From Clostridia bacterium (GTDB taxonomy: Bacteria; Bacillota; Clostridia; TANB77; CAG-465), in contig JAFWCU010000035.1 of NCBI GenBank assembly GCA_017534305.1, positions 184,749 to 224,748 of the forward strand: 40,000 nt of DNA. Direction: 5' to 3'. The notes under the pieces were generated by a model. It saw nothing but the letters and a program-made list of their open reading frames with translations. It ran no database searches and was not told where the DNA came from. Positions within the stretch are counted from its first letter, which is position 1. Every line of letters begins with the position of its first letter. Made by a program: the position numbers and the translations under genes. Shown in pieces: positions 33,184 to 40,000 of this stretch.

Positions 33184-35184
33184 ATGGCAAAAAAAGTAAT
33201 AGTAACAGAAAAACCTAGCGTAGCAATGGAATTTGCAAAAGCTTTAAAGATAAATACTAATAGAAAAGACGGATATATTGAATCAGACGAATGGATAATA
33301 ACATGGTGTTATGGACATTTAGTTACAATGAGTTATCCAGAGGTGTATGATGAAAAACTAAAAACATGGAGACTAGATACACTTCCTTTTCTACCAACAG
33401 ACTGGAAATATGAAATATTACCAGGTACCGCTGGCAAGCAATTTTATAACATTCAAAAAATACTTCAAAGAGAAGATATAGATACTATATACAACGCAGG
33501 AGACTCTGGACGTGAAGGAGAGTACATACAGCGTTTAGTATACATGATGGCACATCCTAATCCAAATGCCAAATTAAAAAGAGTTTGGATAGATTCTCAA
33601 ACTGAAGATGAAATATTAAGAGGTATAAGAGAAGCAAAAGATTTAGATGAGTATAACTCACTATCAGACGCAGCATACCTTAGAGCAAAAGAAGATTATC
33701 TAATTGGAATAAACTTTTCTAGACTACTTTCTTTAATTTATGCAAGAGGACTGGCAAAGAAAATGGAAGAGGATAGAGCTGTAATTTCAATTGGTAGAGT
33801 TATGACTTGTGTATTAGGATTAGTAGTAAATAGAGAAAGAGAAATTAGAAACTTTAAAAAGGTTTCTTTCTACAAAATTCGTGGAGCATTTCAAAAAGAA
33901 GAAAGTAATCTTCTTGCAGATTGGAAAGCAGTGGAGGGTTCAAAGCTTTTAGACTCTCCAAGATTATACAACGAAACAGGATTTAAGAAAAAAGAGGATG
34001 CATTAAAGTTCATTGACTATTTAAAAGGCAAAGAAAAAGCAACAGTAGAGTCAATTCAAAAGAAAAAGAATAAAGAAAATCCACCGCTATTATTTAATCT
34101 TGCAGAAGCACAACACGAGTGTACTCGTAGATTTAAGATCAGTCCAGATCAAACATTACAAACAATACAAAACTTATATGAGAAAAAACTTGTTACATAC
34201 CCTAGAACTGATGCAAGAGTACTTTCAAGTGCTGTTGCAAAAGAGATAACTAAGAATTTAAATGGACTATCTAAACTAAAAATAGATGATGAGATAACTC
34301 AAGCTATACAAACTATGGCTAAAGAAAAATATAGCACAAAACTAGAGAAGACAAAATACGTAGATGATTCTAAAATCACAGACCACTATGCAATAATTCC
34401 AACAGGACAAGGTGGAGAAAACTTAGAAGGCTTAACAGAACTAGAAAAGAATGTATATATATTAATTGTTAAAAGATTTCTTGCAATCTTTTATCCACCA
34501 GCAGAATATAATAGAATTACAGTAACTATAGATGTTGATGGTGAAAAATTCTTTGCAAATGGTAAGGTTTGCACTCAAATGGGCTATCTTGAGTTATACA
34601 AAAATGATAAGATAAAAAAAGATACAAGCAAAAAAGAAGATAAGTCTGATGATGACGAAGAAGATAAAGAAAAGGAAGAAGAGGAAACATTAGACGATGT
34701 TGAGATTCTTTCAAAGCTAAAAAAAGGTGATGTACTTATTGCCACAGATTATACAATTCGTGAAGGTGAGACAAAGCCACCTAAAAGATATAATTCTGGA
34801 GATATGGTTCTTGCAATGGAGAATGCAGGAAAACTAATTGAAGATGAAGAACTTCGTGAACAAATAAAAGGTAGTGGCATAGGAACATCTGCAACTCGTG
34901 CAGAAATAATTAAAAAGCTTATACGTATAAACTATATTGCAGCAAACTCAAAAACACAAATTTTAACACCAACAAAAAGAGGAGAAGCAATTTATGATAT
35001 CGTAGCATCCACTATGCCAGATATGCTAAATCCAGAACTTACTGCAAGCTGGGAAAAAGGTCTAACTATGGTAGAACAAAAAGAAATAAGCGCAGATGAA
35101 TTTATGGATAAACTTGAAGCATATGTAAGAAACAAGGTAGTAAAATTTAAAAAGAGCAGAAATGAATACTTGTATGGGTATTAA
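33184..35184 (+). CDS. topB: DNA topoisomerase III (type IA)
   Basis: Start set at ATG 33184 after GAGGAG. Toprim N-terminus KKVIVTEKPS, the DxD-type segment AGDSGREGE and the active-site Tyr in LVTYPRTDAR. There is an acidic insertion KKEDKSDDDEEDKEKEEEE. Confidence 0.85.
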   Translation: MAKKVIVTEKPSVAMEFAKALKINTNRKDGYIESDEWIITWCYGHLVTMSYPEVYDEKLKTWRLDTLPFLPTDWKYEILPGTAGKQFYNIQKILQREDIDTIYNAGDSGREGEYIQRLVYMMAHPNPNAKLKRVWIDSQTEDEILRGIREAKDLDEYNSLSDAAYLRAKEDYLIGINFSRLLSLIYARGLAKKMEEDRAVISIGRVMTCVLGLVVNREREIRNFKKVSFYKIRGAFQKEESNLLADWKAVEGSKLLDSPRLYNETGFKKKEDALKFIDYLKGKEKATVESIQKKKNKENPPLLFNLAEAQHECTRRFKISPDQTLQTIQNLYEKKLVTYPRTDARVLSSAVAKEITKNLNGLSKLKIDDEITQAIQTMAKEKYSTKLEKTKYVDDSKITDHYAIIPTGQGGENLEGLTELEKNVYILIVKRFLAIFYPPAEYNRITVTIDVDGEKFFANGKVCTQMGYLELYKNDKIKKDTSKKEDKSDDDEEDKEKEEEETLDDVEILSKLKKGDVLIATDYTIREGETKPPKRYNSGDMVLAMENAGKLIEDEELREQIKGSGIGTSATRAEIIKKLIRINYIAANSKTQILTPTKRGEAIYDIVASTMPDMLNPELTASWEKGLTMVEQKEISADEFMDKLEAYVRNKVVKFKKSRNEYLYGY

Positions 35185-35249
35185 TTATTGCTTTTTTAGG
35201 ATTTTATTGTATAATTATTGTATAAGATTTTAAAAGGAGAGAAAATAAT

Positions 35250-35798
35250 ATGGATTATCAAGAAATTGAAGACAAAATGCAAAAAGCAGTAGATTATTTA
35301 CAAGAAGAATTAGTAGCAATCAGAGCAGGAAGAGCAAACCCTGCTATACTAAATAAAGTTACAGTAGATTACTATGGAGCACAAACTCCACTAAATCAAG
35401 TTGGAGCAATCTCTGTACCAGAAGCAAGACAAATTCTTATCACACCTTGGGATAAATCTTTAATTGGACCAATAACAAAAGCTATTCAAATGGCTGAACT
35501 TGGAGTAAACCCAATTAATGATGGAAATGGCGTAAGATTAACATTTCCAGAATTAAATGAAGATAGAAGAAAACAAATCGTTAAAGAAGTTAAAGCTTTA
35601 GGTGAAGATGCAAAAGTTGCAGTAAGAAACGTAAGAAGAGACGGAATTGACGATGCTAAAAAACAAGAAAAAGCTGGAGAAATCACTGAAGATGAATTAA
35701 AAGGTGCTGAAGATAAAATCCAAAAAATTACAGATAAATTTACAGCAAAAATAGATGAAATGATTTCAGCTAAAGAAAAAGAGGTTATGGAAGTATAA
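35250..35798 (+). CDS. frr: ribosome recycling factor
   Basis: 182 aa. Contains LVAIRAGRANPAILNKVTVDYYG and VRNVRRDG. RBS AAAGGAGAG. Confidence 0.95.
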   Translation: MDYQEIEDKMQKAVDYLQEELVAIRAGRANPAILNKVTVDYYGAQTPLNQVGAISVPEARQILITPWDKSLIGPITKAIQMAELGVNPINDGNGVRLTFPELNEDRRKQIVKEVKALGEDAKVAVRNVRRDGIDDAKKQEKAGEITEDELKGAEDKIQKITDKFTAKIDEMISAKEKEVMEV

Positions 35799-35818
35799 TC
35801 TAGTAAGGAGAAGGAAAA

Positions 35819-36643
35819 TTGAATAATGCAGTTAAAAGAGTAGCAACAGCATTAATTATGATGACTGTTGTAATCGGTGGACTTGTTTTAAATAGCCAAA
35901 TAATATATTCAATATTTACTACCCTACTAGCTGTTATAGGAGTATATGAATGTAATAGGGTTTTTAAAGCAAAAGGACATCATCCAATCCCTTTGGTTGG
36001 ATACTTAAGTTGCCTAATTATACCTTTACTTGGTAATGTTCCTACAGACTGGGTTTTAAATGTAGTTCTAGTAGCACTTCCTTGTCTAATATTATATACA
36101 TTTGCATATATAATCTTTAAGAAACTTGAAGTGACAGTTATAGATGTAGCAATTACATTTTTAACTATACTGTATTCTCCATTCATGTTTGCATTTATTA
36201 AGCTATTACTTGCACAAGCAAATGGTAGAATATTCTTCCTACTTGCAATTACATATGCTAGTGCAACAGACACTTTTGCATACGAAATAGGATCAAGATT
36301 TGGAAAACACAAATTATGTCCAACAGTTAGTCCTAAGAAGAGTATTGAAGGTTCAGTTGCAGGAATTATAGCATCAGTAGTAATAAGTGTTTTAATATGC
36401 TATATAACTAATACATATTTTGGCACTAACTTTAATCTACTATTAATGGGAGTTATGGGAGTTGTATTTAGTGTTGTAGGTCAATTTGGAGACTTAGCAG
36501 CTTCTAGCATTAAACGTTATTGTGGAGAAAAAGATTTCAGTCAAATATTACCAGGACATGGTGGATTATTAGATAGAGTAGATTCTGTACTATTTATTGC
36601 ACCATTTTTATACATATTTTTATATCTAACAAAACTATTATAA
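35819..36643 (+). CDS. cdsA: phosphatidate cytidylyltransferase
   Basis: TTG start after AAGGAG. C-terminal signature SIKRYCGEKDFSQILPGHGGLLDRVDS. Multi-TM protein. Confidence 0.9.
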   Translation: MNNAVKRVATALIMMTVVIGGLVLNSQIIYSIFTTLLAVIGVYECNRVFKAKGHHPIPLVGYLSCLIIPLLGNVPTDWVLNVVLVALPCLILYTFAYIIFKKLEVTVIDVAITFLTILYSPFMFAFIKLLLAQANGRIFFLLAITYASATDTFAYEIGSRFGKHKLCPTVSPKKSIEGSVAGIIASVVISVLICYITNTYFGTNFNLLLMGVMGVVFSVVGQFGDLAASSIKRYCGEKDFSQILPGHGGLLDRVDSVLFIAPFLYIFLYLTKLL

Positions 36644-36655
36644 GGAGGCATAATT

Positions 36656-37942
36656 TTGGTAGGATTATTAATAACTATTATAAAACTATTAGTAATTATC
36701 CTTTGTGTTGCAACAATACATGAATTTGGACACTTCTTAGCAAGTAAATGCTTAAAAACAGGAGTAGACGAATTCTCTATTGGATTTGGACCAAAGGTTT
36801 TTCAAAAGAAATTTAAAGGTACAATGTATTCTTTAAGATGGTTACCACTTGGAGGATATTGTGCAATTGAAGGTGAAGGTGGAGAAGAATCTGAAGAAGA
36901 TAAAAAAGATGAAAACAAAGAGCCTGCACCAACATCATATCAAGCAAGAAAATGGTGGGAGAAAATAATAATTCTTTCTATGGGAGTTATATTTAATTTC
37001 ATCCTTGCAACAGTTGTATTCTTATGTGTTTATCTACCAGGTAATGTAGCAACAACTACAATACAAGAGCTAAGTGAAGACTCAGTATTAATTGAAGCTG
37101 GTCTTCAAGCTGGAGATAGAATAGTAAGTATAAACGGAAAGAAAGTTGAACTTTATAGTCAATTATCTAATTACGAATTAAAATCTGGAGTTACAGATGC
37201 AACAATAGAATATGAAAGAGATGGGCAAATTTACACTGCACAAGTTAAAAATGCTCAAACAAAAGAAGGAAAAATTGGTATTACATTTGTTCAAAATGAA
37301 GAAGGTGTAAATACTAACCAAATAGAACTTGTAGGAGCAGGAACACCTGCTGCAAAAGTTGGAATTAAATCTGGAGATATTATTCTTTCAATAGATGATG
37401 TATCTACACCAGATGCTAAAAATGTCGTACAAGAAATAAAAAATAAAGGCGACCAAGAAATTAAAGTTGTAGTTCAAAGAGGAGAAGAAACAAAAGAATT
37501 TAAACTTGTAGCTGAATCAAAAGAAGTTATGGATTTAGGTATAAGAAGTGTTTCAACAACAAAATCTAGTATCAAGTACTCTTTCATTGAAACTACAGAA
37601 AACATTAAAAATATCGTAGGATCATACGTTAAATTATTTACTGGAAAAGTATCAATAGGGAACATGTCTGGTATTGTTGGAATAGGTGAAGTAGTATCTA
37701 AAAGCTCAGGACTTTTAAACTTCTTCTATCTAATGGCAATGATATCTATGGCAGTAGGTGTTGCAAACATACTTCCTTTCCCACCACTTGATGGAGGAAA
37801 AATAGTAATTGTATTAATTGAAGCAATTACTAGAAAGAAAGTATCAGAAAAAGTTGAGCTAATTATTTCATATATAGGTTTAGCATTACTTCTAGGTTTA
37901 ACATTATTCATAACCGTTAAAGATATAATTAGAATAATTTAG
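36656..37942 (+). CDS. rseP: RIP site-2 metalloprotease RseP/RasP family
   Basis: TTG start 7 nt after AGGAGG. HEFGHF (HExxH), PDZ domains (AGLQAGDRIVSING, GIKSGDIILSIDD) and the C-terminal NILPFPPLDGG motif. Confidence 0.9.
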   Translation: MVGLLITIIKLLVIILCVATIHEFGHFLASKCLKTGVDEFSIGFGPKVFQKKFKGTMYSLRWLPLGGYCAIEGEGGEESEEDKKDENKEPAPTSYQARKWWEKIIILSMGVIFNFILATVVFLCVYLPGNVATTTIQELSEDSVLIEAGLQAGDRIVSINGKKVELYSQLSNYELKSGVTDATIEYERDGQIYTAQVKNAQTKEGKIGITFVQNEEGVNTNQIELVGAGTPAAKVGIKSGDIILSIDDVSTPDAKNVVQEIKNKGDQEIKVVVQRGEETKEFKLVAESKEVMDLGIRSVSTTKSSIKYSFIETTENIKNIVGSYVKLFTGKVSIGNMSGIVGIGEVVSKSSGLLNFFYLMAMISMAVGVANILPFPPLDGGKIVIVLIEAITRKKVSEKVELIISYIGLALLLGLTLFITVKDIIRII

Positions 37943-37953
37943 GAGGGATTTAT

Positions 37954-38211
37954 ATGGTAGCAAATTATACTGTATTAATTTTTGCAGCAATAGCTGTAAT
38001 TGTAATTGCAAAACTTCTAGCATGGCCAGTAAAGAAAATAATAAAACTTGCAATTAACTGTGCAATAGGTGCATTACTTGTATTCTTAGTTAATACATTT
38101 GGTGGTGCAATAGGAATTTCTATTCCGTTTAATATTATAACTGCATTAATTGCTGGTGTATTTGGAGTTCCAGGAGTTATATTCTTAGTAATTCTAGGAT
38201 TCTTTATATAA
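37954..38211 (+). CDS. bofA: pro-sigma-K processing inhibitor BofA
   Basis: 85 aa with 2 TM helices. LLVFLVNTFGGAIGISIPFNIITALIAGVFGVPGV closely parallels B. subtilis BofA LLLVCVNMFGGSLGIHVPINLVTTAISGILGIPGI. Confidence 0.85.
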   Translation: MVANYTVLIFAAIAVIVIAKLLAWPVKKIIKLAINCAIGALLVFLVNTFGGAIGISIPFNIITALIAGVFGVPGVIFLVILGFFI

Positions 38212-38294
38212 TAAAAATAAAATATAAAAAAACAAATAAAAAGACATATTGTATATTAAATTCATTAATTACCAAAATATTATTAGGTGATTAT

Positions 38295-38759
38295 ATGAAA
38301 AAAATAGCAATATGTCTTTTTTTATGCATAACAATATCAATATGTATTGTATATTCTAAAGAGGCACAAAGCTCTATTTATACAGATGTGCCATCTGGAG
38401 ATAATATGGTTGAACTTTTAGCAAGACTAATTAATGCAGAAGCAAGAGGAGAAAGTTACTCAGGCCAAGTAGCAGTTGGTGCAGTAATAATGAATAGGGT
38501 GAAAAGTCCACTATTTCCAAATACAATTGCAGGAGTTATATATTCTCCCGGACAATTCTCATCTGTAGCAGATGGGCAAATAAATTTACCAGTAGAAGAT
38601 GAGAGTATAATTATGGCAGCACAAGACGCAATAAACGGAGCAGATCCAACTTCAGGTGCCCTTTATTTCTATAACCCAAGCAAAACAAAGTCTAAATGGC
38701 TTTTCTCTCTTCAAACAGTAACAACAATTGGAAAGCACGTGTTTGCAAAGGAGAACTAA
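38295..38759 (+). CDS. sleB: spore cortex-lytic cell-wall hydrolase, SleB catalytic-domain type (no N-terminal PG-binding domain)
   Basis: LARLINAEARGESYSGQVAVGAVIMNRVKSPLFPNTIAGVIYSPGQFSSVADGQI is nearly collinear with the SleB/CwlJ Hydrolase_2 core. There is a signal peptide. The stop overlaps the ypeB start (TAATG). Confidence 0.85.
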   Translation: MKKIAICLFLCITISICIVYSKEAQSSIYTDVPSGDNMVELLARLINAEARGESYSGQVAVGAVIMNRVKSPLFPNTIAGVIYSPGQFSSVADGQINLPVEDESIIMAAQDAINGADPTSGALYFYNPSKTKSKWLFSLQTVTTIGKHVFAKEN

Positions 38760-40000
38760 TGGAAAAGTTTGAAAAACTAGTAATAAAAATCAAGAAAAAG
38801 CTTGGAGAAAAGAAAGTAGGAATAATATACTTTGCAGTACTTGCAATTGTTTCACTTATATTTATGAACATTCTTAAAGGATATAAAATTGAAAGACAAG
38901 AAACAGAGGATTCATATAATAAAGCACTATATAATTTTATCGGAGATATAAGTAACATTAAAAATGAAATGCTAAAACTAAAAATTACTTCAAATGATAC
39001 ATATACATTAACAACATTAGCTTCAATTTTTGCAAAAGCAAATAGTAGTATATCTAACTTATCTTCATTACCGCTATCTCCAAATATAACAGAAAAAATA
39101 AACATGTACTTAACTCAAACCAGCGATTATTCATATACACTTATGCGAGCTATATTAAACAATAAAGAGATAAAGGAAGATGAAATAAGACAAAATATAG
39201 ATACGCTTTATACCAAGATAGATGAACTAGATAAAGCATTAAACTCTTTATACGTACAAATAAATGAAAAAGCTATAAAATGGAATGAATTAAAAGAAGA
39301 AGGAGACAAGATACTAAATGAAAAGATAACAGATTTTGACTCTAGTATAAGTGGAAAAATAATTAAACCATTTACAGACTATGAGGGCATTATTTATGAT
39401 GGTGCATTTTCTAATCATATATTGTCTTTAAAACCAAAATCACTATCAGATAGAATAATTTCACAAGAAGAGGTAGAAAACCTTTTAAAAGACAAATTTG
39501 AAACAATGAACGTACAATTTGAAGAAGAATTGAATGGACAAATTGAATTATACAAATATAAGGTAGATGAAAAGGATATATATATAACAAAACAAGATGG
39601 AAAACTATACCAAATGATTGGAAATAGAAATATAGAAGAAAAGATAATTGAAAGTAAAGAGGCAATAGATAATGCAAAAGAGTTCCTAAAAAAATGGAAC
39701 ATAGAAAGCATCGAACAAACATATTACCAAGAAATGGATAATACTCTAACAATTTCTTTTGCAGCAGTTCAAGAAGATGTAATTTGTTATCCAGATTTAA
39801 TTAAGGTTAAAGTTGCACTAGATAATGGTGAAATCTTAATGGTAGAAGCTAATGGGTATATATTTAACAATCATTTGAGGGTAATTAATCCTGTTAACAC
39901 AGAACAAACAGCAAAAGAAAAAATTAATCCTAACTTAAATATAGAAAAAACAAGACTTGCTCTTATTCCAACTGAATCTAAAGATGAAGTACTATGTTAT
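38759..40000 (+). CDS. ypeB: germination protein YpeB (3' end cut by the window edge)
   Basis: Absent from the ORF track because there is no stop in the window. My own translation is open for 414 codons from ATG 38759 (MEKFEKLVIKIKKKLGEKKVGIIYFAVLAIVSLIF... PFTDYEGIIYDGAFSNH ...). It has an N-terminal TM helix and is translationally coupled to sleB. Confidence 0.75.
   Translation, partial: MEKFEKLVIKIKKKLGEKKVGIIYFAVLAIVSLIFMNILKGYKIERQETEDSYNKALYNFIGDISNIKNEMLKLKITSNDTYTLTTLASIFAKANSSISNLSSLPLSPNITEKINMYLTQTSDYSYTLMRAILNNKEIKEDEIRQNIDTLYTKIDELDKALNSLYVQINEKAIKWNELKEEGDKILNEKITDFDSSISGKIIKPFTDYEGIIYDGAFSNHILSLKPKSLSDRIISQEEVENLLKDKFETMNVQFEEELNGQIELYKYKVDEKDIYITKQDGKLYQMIGNRNIEEKIIESKEAIDNAKEFLKKWNIESIEQTYYQEMDNTLTISFAAVQEDVICYPDLIKVKVALDNGEILMVEANGYIFNNHLRVINPVNTEQTAKEKINPNLNIEKTRLALIPTESKDEVLCY

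Noticed and set aside
38692-39752. Minus-strand ORFs 38692..39105 (137 aa), 39411..39752 (113 aa) and 39415..39711 (98 aa)
   Set aside because: The + strand frame starting at ATG 38759 is open for all 414 codons to the window end. It encodes a YpeB-like protein coupled to sleB. The minus-strand ORFs are its shadow frames.

Overview
This 40-kb window comes from a very AT-rich, endospore-forming, probably anaerobic Firmicute (Clostridia-like). Supporting markers are pro-sigma-K, bofA, sleB-ypeB and a flavodiiron FprA. It is densely coding, mostly on the + strand, and mostly core or housekeeping: telA-like, CNNM/DUF21-CBS, M23 peptidase, ComEC-type MBL hydrolase, sigK, hflX, MscS, ireB-ruvX-DUF1292, ynbB-like, htrA, a polysaccharide deacetylase, topB, frr-cdsA-rseP and bofA-sleB-ypeB. 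I saw no mobile elements, CRISPR arrays, tRNA or rRNA genes. The standout is an ORF-free, GC-enriched, visibly structured segment of about 580 nt on the minus strand (about 8400-8978). It has its own near-consensus promoter and sits directly upstream of a co-oriented 187-aa four-TM protein gene. I interpret this as an OLE-type large non-coding RNA with its OapA-like partner, but that assignment is inferred from architecture, not from an alignment. Secondary items follow. (1) An uncharacterised two-gene operon encodes a secreted VirB2/TrbC-like small membrane protein and a receiver-like/MinD-ParA-like protein with a degenerate P-loop and a MinD-style C-terminal tail. (2) A sortase plus thioester-domain (TQxA) adhesin operon whose LPVTG motif lies six residues from the stop, with no membrane-anchor tail. 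(3) A split, translationally coupled TauE/SafE pair. (4) An orphan BY-kinase module. (5) A rearranged frr-cdsA-rseP cluster lacking uppS and dxr and fused to bofA-sleB-ypeB. All functional calls come from motif reading of the supplied translations. No database search was run.
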